Origin: Callorhinchus milii
Lineage: Eukaryota
NCBI RefSeq assembly: GCF_018977255.1
Contig: NW_024705400.1
Location: forward strand, 1-48,135
Direction of reading: 5' to 3'
DNA length: 48,135 bases
Position numbers and translations under genes: made by a program. The first letter of the stretch is position 1. Every line of letters starts with the position of its first letter. Positions 1 to 10,574 of this stretch are shown in pieces. The notes under the pieces were generated by a model. That model worked only from the letters and a program-made list of their open reading frames with translations. It ran no database searches and was not told the origin of the DNA.

Positions 1-115
1 CCCCCACAAAATATGCAGTCACTACACTTCACAGTATATCCTGTGAAGCGCTTTGAGACGTCTCAGAGACCTCATCAGGCGCTGTAACAATTGCAACGAT
101 TATTATTATTATCAG

Positions 116-425
116 GGAGGAGTTGCAGGGACTCTGGGACAAATCTGTCGCTGAATATTTCGGAGGTGCCCTGGGACTGGAGAAAGACAGATGTCACTCC
201 TATTTTTAAAAAGGTAGCAAAAGTGAGCCAAGAAAACCAGAGAGTTGTTATAGTCTGGGACGCACAGATTCGATAGCAGCTTTCAAAAGGGAATCGGATA
301 GTTCCTTGAAAAGAAAAAATCTGTAAGGCAATAAATAGGGTGAGAGCGGGGGAGTGGGACTAGTTGGGAGCTCTTTCAAAGCGTCGGCACAGCTACGATG
401 GGCCGAATGGCCTCCTTCTGTGCCG
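116..425 (+). mobile_element. CR1 fragments including the 3' end
   Basis: VPWDWRKTDVTPIFKK motif and CR1 3'UTR GATGGGCCGAATGGCCTCCTTCTGTG. Confidence 0.75.
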
Positions 426-687
426 CCGGGCAAAGCACTAACGGGTAGGTCTTGCTAGTTGGGCAAGCGGTGCTCTCAATGGCAAGCGATGTGATTTTAG
501 CTGGTTTTCCCAATGCACCCCCCCCCCCCCAAGCCTTGGCTCTCGCCAACCTGTGCATAATACGCTCCGGAATTACGTAAGCAGGATGTGTCCCTCCCGG
601 GAGAGAGAGAGAGAGAGAGAGAGCGTGAGAGAGAGCGCGGGTTCCATTCCAACAATCTATCTCTGGGTTTTCCATGTGTTCCGGTTC

Positions 688-1010
688 GTGGAGTCCTGTA
701 GCTCAGTGGTTAGAGCACTCGCTTTGCGAGCGAGAGACCTGAGTTCAATTCCAGGCAGAGGGCGAAACCTCGGGCAAGTTTCCTTACTCCACACAGAGCC
801 TAATAATAATCCCTTAAAAAACCCAAAACAATAATAAATTGGTCATTTTCAATCCACGACTGTTTGTGGGACATCGCTGTGCGCCATTGGCCGCCGCGTT
901 CGCCCACAAATATACAGTCGATTCACTTTACAGTGTGTTCTGTGAAGCGCTTTGGGATGTCCTCCCGACGTGAAAAGCGCTATATCAAATGCAAGGATTA
1001 TTATTATTAT
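688..1010 (+). mobile_element. tRNA-derived SINE with L2-like tail, young full-length copy
   Basis: A box TAGCTCAGTGG, B box GTTCAATTCC, tail ending AAATGCAAGG(ATT)n; near-identical copies elsewhere in the window. Confidence 0.9.
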
Positions 1011-1104
1011 GTAGGTGGGATGCGTGGAATTCTCAGTTTGGTTTGGAGACTCTTAAGCAACGGTGATGGGTTTCCGTGTGTGTCAGACACCTCCTATAGC
1101 TTTA

Positions 1105-1280
1105 TGGGAGATCCCTTAACATCCACATGAACAGACGCAGACGGAAACTCAGCTTAAGGTCTCGTCTGAAGGACGGCGTCTCCGCAGCACTACAGTGTCA
1201 GCGTAGACTGTGAGCTCGAAGTCCCCGACGTGGGGCTTAAACCCTCAACTTTCTGACTCAGAGGAGAGAGGGCGACCGAA
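1105..1280 (-). mobile_element. Old SINE fragment, resembling Deu-domain SINEs of sharks
   Basis: tRNA-like head on the minus strand, similar from memory to the SacSINE1-type consensus; head relics also at ~7225-7290 and ~8675-8745. Confidence 0.45.
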
Positions 1281-1329
1281 GTTTACATAGAAGAAAGGCT
1301 GTAGATAAATGACATATGTGTTGCATTAA

Positions 1330-1550
1330 CTGTGAGCTCTCAAACCATGACCAACCAACCAGGGCAGGAGGCAGGTTGAGGCTGTGGGAGGGACTGATAA
1401 GTCGGCTACATGTACTTGGATTGAAGAGAGAGGAAGAGGGACGGAGAGAGAGAGAGAGAGAGACAGCGAGCGAGTGACCGACTGACCAAGCGACCACCGA
1501 CCCAGTGAGAGAGTGAGTGAGAAAGACAGAGTGTGAGAGAGACGGAAGGT
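1330..1550 (+). promoter_or_regulatory. Putative promoter and non-coding first exon of TIMP-A
   Basis: Block alignable with 8960-9205 upstream of TIMP-B. Both share GTGGGAGGG-ACTGATAA (GATA site 1395-1400), a GA tract and a donor AAG|GTAAG (here at 1549). Mammalian TIMP1 also has a non-coding exon 1. Confidence 0.6.
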
Positions 1551-1925
1551 AAGACTTGTCACCTTAGGAGAGAAGAGTGAGAGTATTACGTTTTAACTGA
1601 GACACAGGTGACACTGACTGAGATTGGGGGTAACTGCTGTGTCTCTTGTTTATCTGTCTGTCTGTGCTCCGTCAATTCACTGTACAGTGTGTTCCGTGAA
1701 GCGCTTTGGGACGTCCGAAAAAAAACCTCCTAATTTCATTCCTAAATGGCCGAGCTCTAAATTTAAGATGATGCCCCTCTGTCCTGGATTCCACCCCCCA
1801 CCACCAGAGGAAATAGTTCCTCTGAAGCTACCGTATCGCATCCCTTTATCATTTTAACCACTTCAATCAGATCACCCGCTCAACCTTCTAAACTCAAGGG
1901 AATACAGACCAAGGTAATGCAATTT

Positions 1926-2246
1926 TAATAATAATAATCCTTGCATTTGACATAGCGCTTTTCACGCCGGGAGGACGTCCCAAAGCGCTTCGCAGAACAC
2001 ACTGTAAAGTGGATTGACTGTATATTTGTGGGCGAACGCGGCGGCCAATTGCGCACAGCGATGTCCCACAAACAGTCGTGGATTGAAAATGACCAATTTA
2101 TTATTGTTTTTGGTTTTTTAAGGGATTATTATTAGGCTCTGTGTGGAGTAAGGAAACTTGCCCGAGGTTTCGCCCTCTGCCTGGAATTGAACTGAGGTCT
2201 CTCGCTCGCAAAGCGAGTGCTCTAACCACTGAGCTACAGGACTCCA
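1926..2246 (-). mobile_element. Same SINE family, full-length
   Basis: Reverse complement of 688-1010. Confidence 0.9.
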
Positions 2247-2444
2247 TTTTGTTGTTGTCTCTGTGTGTGTCTCTCTCCATCTGACTGTGTGCTTTTCTGC
2301 GTGTGAGTGTGTGTATATCTCTCTCGGTTCGTCAGGTCCGTGTGATGCACACGCAAGTAGAGGAAACAACTGTAAGAGAGGCCAAGACATCTCCAGAAGT
2401 CTCCTATCTTCCCTCGGATCAAATTTATTCTTTGACAAACAGCC

Positions 2445-2556
2445 ATGAACATCAAGGTCCTGGGATTTCTAGCGGCCATATTATCTGTTGGGAGACAATC
2501 ATCCTGTGATTGTCCAATTAATCATCCACAGACCTCCATCTGTGTATCTCAAGTGG
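2445..2556 (+). CDS. timp1-like: TIMP-A coding exon 1 (signal peptide + CDC..HPQ..C)
   Basis: GCCATG start, donor G|GTGAG at 2557. Confidence 0.9.
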
Positions 2557-5500
2557 GTGAGTGGCCATTTCGCTCCGGATACAGTGAGAGTGTGGACATT
2601 GGGAGAGAATAAGAATAATAATAATAATCCTTGCATTTGATATGGCACCTTATCACGTCTTCGAGACGTCTCAAAGCGCTTCACAGAACAACAACAAATG
2701 ACATTTGCGCAGCACCTTTCAAGTTGGGAGGTGCCCCAAGGTACCGGATTATCGGTGTTTCGGACCCGAGCTGAGGGGTCGGAATCGGGGAGGGTGGAGG
2801 GCAGAGGCGGAAGGAAGATGACGAAGGCGCAGTCGAAGAGGAGGAGGGTCTTGAGATGAGTCTTCAAGGGAGGGGACAAAACGAGGGATTGCGGGATGGA
2901 GTTCCAGAGGGTGGGGACAGAGTGGCAGAAGGCCCACCTGCCAATGGTGGGGTTGGCGAGGTGGGGAACATGAAGGAGGCCAGACCCCACTCAGCGGAGG
3001 GAGCAGGCAGGTTGGTAGGGGGTTTAGGAGGTCACAGAGGTAGGGAGAAGCAAGGCCATGCAGGGCTTTGAAAGTGAGGATCAGGATGTGCGATGGGAAA
3101 CGAGTGGAGTCGGGCGAGGATGGGGGGTGATAGGGTCACGGAGCCTGATACGGGAGAGGACACGGGCCGCAGAGTTCTGGGTGGTCTGCAGCCTATGGAG
3201 GGAGGAGTTGGGGAGGCCAACGCGCAGGGAGTTTGCATAGTCAAGTCCGGATGTCATGAATGCGTGCACAAGGGTCTCGCTGGTGTGAGACAGTGACGGC
3301 TTAGTAAGGTGCAGCGGGTGCACCTTGGATGGTGATGCTGTCAAGAGTCTGAGCTTTGGAGGCGCTGACGGGAGCGAATCAGGAGGGTCTCGGTCTTGTT
3401 GACGTTTAACGTCAGCTCTCTATCAGGACAGCTGTGGTCCTGGAGTTGAGGGTGGAGGCAGAGAGATAGAGTTTGGTGTCTATTGGGGGAAATTGACCCC
3501 ATGTCTGCGGATGATCTCACCAAGAGGGAGCATAGAGATGTTGAACAGGATGGGACCAAAGACAGAGCCCTGAGGAACGCCACGCGAGATGGTGCGGGGG
3601 TGAGAGGAGAAGCCGTTCGTGGAGATGAAGTGGAGAGGGGTAGGATCAGGACCACGAAGGTTGAGGTGAGAGGAGAAGCAGCGGAGGATAGAGCGCTCGA
3701 AGGCAGCTGAGAGGTCGAGGTGGACGAGGAGGCAGAGGGAGCCCTGGTCACAGATGGACAAAGTGTCATTTGTGCTGCGGGCGGCCGGGAAACCTGACTG
3801 AAGGGGTTCATGAAGGGAGTGGCGGGAGAGGAACCAGTGAAGCAACGACTCTTTCCAGGACCCTGCAAAGGAAAGGCAGGTTGGGGATGCGGCGATAGCT
3901 TGAGATCAGGGATGGGTCCAGGGAGGGTTTTTTTTTTAAGGGTAGGAGTGATGACGGACGTTTTTAGAGGGGTGGGAACGGTGCAGTGGACAGGGAGAGG
4001 TTTATTATATTTACGTCTCAAAGACGTGAAAAGCGCTCTATCAAATACAAGGATTATCTATGTTATTATGATGTCTGTGAGTAGGGGGCAAAGGAGGCGG
4101 TGGCTGGGAGTTAAGGAGCGGGTTAGGGATGTACTTACTGCTGGTAGACAGAGGAGTATGTGTGGAGTAAGGAAACTTGCCTGAGGTTTTGTCCCGACCT
4201 GTCCCGCCTGGGAATTAAACCGGGGTCCTCTCGCTTGTGAGGCGAGCGCGCAAACCACTGAGCTACAGGACCACACGTACGGGAAGGGCTTTGAAGCAAT
4301 GGGAGTGTGGAAAATGGGAGCAACGTATTCAACATTAAATCAATGCCTTTTCTCTCAACCTTTTTTTCAGCCATAAGATGCATAATAACAAGTCCGAAGT
4401 TGACTTCACCAGAAAGAGACCTTTGGGGCAATTTGGTTTATTTCAAAGTCAGGCAACTAGTGGTATGTTACTTACACTGTGGCACAGCCAGGCTCGGCCG
4501 CTCTTTCACATGGGTTACCTGTTCTAACCCTCCGTGCGCAGGGCCCAGCCCAGACTGGCTTATTGGCAGGAGCTGGAAGGGCAAACCGGGGGGGGGGGGG
4601 GGGGGGGGGAGAGAGAGAGAACCCGATCCCGTTCCAAGAGTTTATCTCGGGAATTTCCATGTGTAGGTGGAATGCACGGAATTCTCCGTTTTAATAATAA
4701 TAATAATAATAATGGCATTTGATATAGCGCTTTTCACGTCGGGAGGACGTCCCAAAGCGCTTCACGGAACACACTGTAAAGTGAATCGACTGTATATTTG
4801 TGGGCGAACGCGGCGGCCGATTGCGCACAGCAGTGTCCCACAAACAGTCGTAGATTGAAAATGAGCGATTTATTATTGTTTTTGGAGGGATTATTATCAT
4901 GTTTTATCATGTTCAGATTGAACAGAAGCATATTATTCATTGTTACATCTATTCTCTGGGTAGATCATCAAAGGAGTCAATCTCATCCAAGAAGTTCAAG
5001 AAGTTTACACTGGGAGTAGACTTTCCTGTGGCTATAACCCTGGAGACTATTTTCAAAATAGAGAATTTTTGCTGTTTGGTAAGTGTACTTTAATCTCCTC
5101 GGATCCACTATCAAACAAATCCAAAACTTTGCAGCCTGAACACTACACTCCGTTTGCACCATCGGTGGCCGCATTTCCAGCCACTATGCCCCGAAGCTCC
5201 GAAACTCTCACCCTCGACTCCTCCGTCTATCCCCCACATTGTGCATCTTCAGGTTATGTCTGAAGACCTTCCTCTTCGATTGTGCCTACGGTCACCCCCC
5301 ACCTCTCCCCCGGCATCGGCATCGTGCTCCACCACTGCCAAGCGCTCTGGGACGCTGCCCTACGTGTGAATGTAAATGCAATGTTGAGGGGAAAGAGTCA
5401 CCTTTTGAGAAGCGTCTTGCAAGAAGGGAGGAATGGAGTAACAGAGAGCAGAGGGCAGAACAGCCAAGATCCAAACGATGGTGGGGTGGAGCGAAATGGG

Positions 5501-6098
5501 GCCGAGGGCAAATAAAAATAATATTTGCATTGATGCAGCATCTTAACACGTCTCAAAGCACTTCACAGAATACACTGTAAAGTGTGGTGACTGCAGATTT
5601 TGTGAGCGATACGTGGCAACCAATTGCACACAGTAGTGTCGCACAAACAGTTGGGGTTTGAGTGACCAAATTATTATAATGTTATAATGTATTATTATTA
5701 TATGACTCTCAGTGACTGATTGCATTTCTGTTCCTTCCTTCCGATTTCCCTTCAACCCACAGGAAAGGTGCACAACAAAAACAGCATCTTTCTCTATCGA
5801 TGTTCCTTCCTGAAGCTCTGGAAAGAGTTGACTTGGTTCCAGCAAACTTCAATAATGGGCAACTACCAGTCAGGCTGTAACTGTGAGGTACAGACGGGCA
5901 AGGAATATAGACCCGAGTAGAAGTGTCCTGGAATAGAACAGGAAGTGCCTGTCAAATACACAGGCACTTCCAGGGAAGTGCACGAACGTAATGGAGTCCT
6001 GCGGCACACTTGCTGGAGCACTCGCCTCGCAAATGAGCGGACCTGGGATCGATTCCCGGGCGGGACAGGGCAAAACCTTAGGCCCGTTCCTTACTCCA

Positions 6099-6129
<31 letters not shown>

Positions 6130-6676
6130 CACGCGCCTCTGGTACCCGGGGTAATAAACCCGGAAAAAAATTAGTCCAATCCACAACTGATTGTGGGACA
6201 CAGTTATGCGCAATTGGCTGCCATATTCCGCCCATAAAATGTACAGTCACTGCATATATACACACATATATTCTGTGAAGCGCTTTGGAGGCGCGATTAA
6301 GGCGCTTTATCAAATGCAAGGATTCGTATTATTTTTTTTATTGTTCAGAGAACACGAAGTATTCAGGGATTAGAACAGGGAGTGTCCAGGAGAACAGATC
6401 GGAACAGGGGAACTATCTTGAATGCAACAGGAAATGGATTCTTCTCCTTCACATATTCTTCTCCCACAGATTTCTCTGTGCATGAAAGGGATGTGCTTTA
6501 ACAGAACGGTCCCCCACGAGTGTCAGTTCACAGACGACGTCGTCCCTTGGACAGGACCAGGAAAGGATCCCTATTTCAGGCCACAATATGAAGGCATGGT
6601 CTGCCGGAGGCAGTCCAATGGCAGTTGCGGATGGGACAGCAGGATAACGCCGGTCCGGTCTTTTGAATGGCGATGA
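2445..6676 (+). CDS. timp1-like: TIMP-family metalloproteinase inhibitor, divergent copy A (5 coding exons, 216 aa, intact)
   Basis: Manual splicing of GT-AG exons 2445-2556, 4371-4462, 4964-5078, 5763-5887, 6470-6676 (651 nt, phases 1/0/1/0) gives MNIKVLGFLAAILSVGRQSS-CDCPINHPQTSICVSQV/AIRCIITSPKLTSPERDLWGNLVYFKVRQLV/IIKGVNLIQEVQEVYTGSRLSCGYNPGDYFQNREFLLF/GKVHNKNSIFLYRCSFLKLWKELTWFQQTSIMGNYQSGCNCE/ISLCMKGMCFNRTVPHECQF...VCRRQSNGSCGWDSRITPVRSFEWR*. It has a signal peptide, CxC..HPQ..C and the 12-Cys TIMP pattern. TIMP1 orthology is inferred from synteny only. Confidence 0.9.
2686..3990 (-). mobile_element. L2-clade LINE 3' fragment, degenerate
   Basis: RT motifs HLDLSAAF, RGVPQGSVFGPILFNI and ETLVHAFMTSGLDYANSL; (TTG)n tail. 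Confidence 0.85.
4371..4462 (+). CDS. timp1-like: TIMP-A coding exon 2
   Basis: TTTTTTTCAG acceptor, GTATG donor; AIRCI at the VIRAK position. Confidence 0.85.
4964..5078 (+). CDS. timp1-like: TIMP-A coding exon 3
   Basis: TAG acceptor, GTAAG donor; IIKG..VYT..SCGY motif. Confidence 0.85.
5763..5887 (+). CDS. timp1-like: TIMP-A coding exon 4
   Basis: 125 nt; C.F...W..LT..Q......Y..GC.CE motif. Confidence 0.9.
6470..6676 (+). CDS. timp1-like: TIMP-A coding exon 5 (C-terminal domain)
   Basis: CCCACAG acceptor; five Cys and GSCGW motif, then stop. Confidence 0.9.
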   Translation: MSLCMKGMCFNRTVPHECQFTDDVVPWTGPGKDPYFRPQYEGMVCRRQSNGSCGWDSRITPVRSFEWR

Positions 6677-7103
6677 ATGAACAACAACAAATGACATTTA
6701 CACAGCGCCTTTCACGTCGGGAGGACGTCCCAAGGTGCTGGATCAGGCATTTGGACCCGAGCTGATGGTGAGTGGACGCCAGGGAGGATGAGAGCGTGAC
6801 CGAAGGTGCAGTCGAAGGGGGTCTCGAGACAGGTCTTGAAGAAGGCGAGTGAGACAAGGGGACTGCCCCCCCGGTTACCTCCCCTCTCTCCCTATCTCAG
6901 CGTCATGTTTCAACCACTGTCAAGTGCTCTGGGACGCTACCTTGCGTGAGGGGAGCTGTATAAATGCAAGTTGTTGTTGTTATTGTATTGCAGTTTTATT
7001 GAACATGTTCGCTTTCACACAGTAATACACAACCTGTGCTTCTCTGCTGTTCTGTTTCTCTCTATATATGAAATAAGTAAACCTTTCTGTCTCCACGTCG
7101 CAT

Positions 7104-7109
7104 AATAAA
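7104..7109 (+). terminator. Polyadenylation signal of TIMP-A
   Basis: AATAAA followed by GT-rich sequence, in a block conserved at 8520-8660 and 24505-24615. Confidence 0.55.
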
Positions 7110-7600
7110 TTATTTCTGCTGGGACACGTTTCTGTCTGTTATCGTCATGTGTCTCAAAACTGGTTGTGGTTCTGTTGTGGATGACTGCTCACACAAACAG
7201 TGCTGATTTGTCAGTTCAAGTGCTGTTCCCCGACGTGGGGCTTGAACCCACAAACTTCTGACTCGGAGGAGAGAGTACAGCCGAACTTTACATAGGGAAG
7301 GTGCTATACAGGGTGGATTCATGTCGCTCATTGGTTAGAGCACTTGCCTCGCAAGCAAGAGGACCAGCAGGGCGAAACATTGGGCAAACTTCTTTACTCC
7401 ACCCGCCCTCTGCTTACCTATCAGTAAGTAGGAACCTTCAGTCCACAACTGCTCGCGGGACACTGCTCTGCACGATTGGCTCCGTGTTTCACCTCCAAAA
7501 TCTAATAATAATAATCCTCGCATTTGATATAGCGCTTTTCACGTCTTCTGGACGTCCCAAAGCGCTTCACAGAATATGCGGTAAAGTGAATGGACCGTAT

Positions 7601-7750
7601 ATGTATTATTATACGACTCGGTGGCTAATTGCATTTCTGTTCCTTCCTTACTCACTGGTTGCGGTTGTATTGTGGATCACTGCCCACACAAACAAAAGTG
7701 GATTTGTGGGTTCGAACTCTATTCCCGACCTGGGGCTTGAACCCCCACAG
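7601..7750 (+). pseudogene. Relic of a further TIMP unit with exons 4-5 deleted
   Basis: 7601-7649 matches the intron just before TIMP-A exon 4 (5687-5740, TTGCATTTCTGTTCCTTCCTT). It is fused directly to sequence matching the post-polyA flank (7160-7250, 8610-8700). Confidence 0.55.
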
Positions 7751-8192
7751 GGAATAATCCCTCCAAAGACAAAACAATAAGAAATTGGTCGTTTTCAATC
7801 CACGACTGTTTGTGGGACACTGCTGCGCGCAATCATCTGCCGCGTTTCGCCCACAAATATACAATTTATTCACTAAACAGCATATTCGGTGAAGCGCTTT
7901 GAGACGTCTAGAAGACGTGAAAAGCACTGTAATCCCTTAAAAAAATTAGCTGCTGCATTTCGCCTACAAAATATACAGTCACTACACTTTACAGTATATT
8001 CTGTGAAGTGCTTTGAGGCGAAGTGATATCAAATGCAAGGATTAGTATTATTTTTACTGTTCAGAGAACAAGAAGTATTGAGGGATTACAATAGGAAGTG
8101 TCCAAAATAGATTGGAACAGGGAAAAGAAGAGGCAGTATCGTGAATACAAAAGGAAATGGGTTCCTCTCTTTCACATATCCTTCCCCAACAG

Positions 8193-8372
8193 CTTAAACT
8201 GTGCACAGAGCGCACCTGCAGTTACAGAATAAATCACCAATGTCTGTTTTCACGTCAGGAGGATGTCCCGAGGCGCTGCACAGACAGGGATTCGGACCTG
8301 AGTTCAAAGTTGGGATTAAGACGGGTTGTGCTCCACCACTGTCAAGCGCTCTGGGATCGCGACTTTGCCTGA
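8193..8372 (+). pseudogene. Orphan TIMP last exon (copy C), internally deleted, reading into L2-derived sequence
   Basis: The intron at 8030-8192 is paralogous to 6310-6469 and the CAG acceptor is intact. Reads [19 protein letters not shown], then repeat-derived codons to TGA at 8372. Has its own AATAAA at 8555-8560. Confidence 0.7.
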
Positions 8373-8959
8373 GGAGCACTAAATAAATCAAAGCTGTTAT
8401 TATTATATTGCAAAGTCCTGACGAGGAAAGCTTACCTGAGCCGCACATTAAGATTGAACATGTTCTCTTTAAAACATACAACCAGTGCTTCCCTGTTGCT
8501 CTATCTCTCTACGTCTACACGAAATAAGTAAACCTTTCTGTCTCCACATCGTATAATAAATTATTTCTGCTGCGACACCTGTCTGTCTGTTACCGTCATG
8601 TGTCTCGTAACTGGTTGTGGTTCTGTTGTGAATCATTGCTCACACAAACAAAGTGGATTTGTGGGTTCAAACTCTATTCCCGACGTGGGGTTTGAACCCG
8701 CAAACTTCTGACTCAATGGGGAAAGAGCGTGACCGAACTTTACACAGGCGCTACGCATGGTGTAGCCCCATAGCTCAGCGGTTATAGCACTTGCCTCGCA
8801 AACGAGAAGACCCGGTTGGATTCCTGGCAGCGAGAAACGTTGGGCAAGTTTCCTTACTCCACACGTCTGGTTATTTTGCGAAGTATATTCTGCAAAGCGC
8901 TTTGAGATGTTTTGAAGACGTGACAAGCCACGACGCCAAATGCAAGGTTTATTATTATT

Positions 8960-9205
8960 AACTGCGAGCTCTCAAACCCTGACCAACCCACGAGGGCGGG
9001 AGACAGGTTGAGGTTGTGGGAGGGACTGATAAACTCGGGCTACATATAGGTGGAGGAAGACAGACAGCAGAAGAGAGAGAGAGAGAGAGAGAGAGTGTGC
9101 GTACAACCAACTGACCACCCAACCAAGTAACCAACCAACCCATTGAGAGTGAGTGAGAAAGACAGTGTGAGAGTGCACGTGAGGAGAGGGTGTTATTGAG
9201 AAGGT
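8960..9205 (+). promoter_or_regulatory. Putative promoter and non-coding first exon of TIMP-B
   Basis: Paralogous to 1330-1550; GGGCGGG box, TGATAA at 9027-9032, TATA-like CATATAG, donor AAG|GTAAG at 9204. Confidence 0.6.
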
Positions 9206-10459
9206 AAGACTTCTCTCCTCAGGAAACAGAGGTTGAGACTATTTTGTTTGAACTGAGACACAGTCACTGACTGAGACATAAACCCACTGTGTCTATGGAG
9301 AAACTGGACTATGAGGAGCGATTAGATTTATTATTATTATTAGATAAACTGGACATGTTCAGACTGGAGAAGAGAAGGTTCAGGGGTGATATGATTATGT
9401 TCTTTTGGATTCTAAAGGGAATATGGAGCTGTTTGATGAGCTGTTTTATCTTGTACTGAAAAGTAGAACTACAGGATTGAAATTCAGAACAAATCTGCGG
9501 AAATACTACTTCAGTGAGTGAGAAATAAACGTATGGAACCGGCTCCCAGGCAGACAGACGGCAAGCAAAGGAGTGTTGATTCTTCCAAGAATAATTGTGA
9601 TCAATTTCTGTTAGAAAATAATATCTGGGGATACAGTTTATAGTTTGGGACACAATATGCCAAGCAACTGCCAGGACCATCGACGTGTTCCCGTCATTAA
9701 TAATAATAATCCTTGCATTTGATGTAGTGCCTTATCACGTGTTTGAGACGTCTCAAGGGCTTCACTTTAAATACTGCGTGAACTGACTGTGTATTTTGTG
9801 GGCGAAACGTGGCAGCCAATGGCACACAGCAGTGTCCCACAAACTGCCGTGGATTGAGTGATAACGTTCTTTTAAGGGATTATTACCCCCAGAAAGCGAT
9901 CCAACAATCGACTAACAACCGGGTTCCTACTTACTGCGAGGCAAACAGATGCACGTGGAGGAAGGAAACTTGCCTAAGGTTTCGCCCTGTCCTGCCCAGG
10001 AATCAAATCCAGGTCCTTCCTGGTGGTTGTCCACAATACAGCTATGGTGGAGCGGCTTATGTTTCTGCTACTTTGGTCAAGAGAGTCAGTGATGTATTAT
10101 TAGCATTTGTAAAGTGCCTTTCAGGTCGGGAGCACTTCATAAGCACTGGATAGTCAGGGGTTTGGATGAGCTGAGGTAAAGGATCAGGGGTGGTGTAGGA
10201 CAGGGAGGGTAGGAATAGGAGGGTGACCGAACGCGTGGTTGAACAGGAGGATCTTGAGACGGGTCTCGAAGGAGGTGAGAGAGGGAGCAAAATAAGAGGA
10301 CCAGGGGATGGAGTGCCAAAGGGTGGGAGCAAAGCAACGGAAGGCTTTCAAAGGGAAAGAGTACTTTCTAACCATTGTAATGTTTGTCCTCTACATTTTC
10401 AGAAGTCTTCGGATCTTTCCTCAGTCAGATCAAATTTATTTGCTCTTCAACGAACAGCC

Positions 10460-10574
10460 ATGACCGTCAAGCTGCTTGGCGTTCTAGTTGTCCTGCTGTC
10501 TGTTGGGAGACTCTCTCAAGCCTGCACTTGTACAGCACTCCATCTCCAGAGCGCCTTCTGTAGCACTGACGTGG
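10460..10574 (+). CDS. timp1-like: TIMP-B coding exon 1
   Basis: Signal peptide + CTC..HLQSAFC; donor GTGAG. Confidence 0.92.

Noticed and set aside
688..765. tRNA-Ala-like gene (and similar heads elsewhere)
   Set aside because: It is the head of a SINE, followed by the SINE body and tail, and present in many copies.
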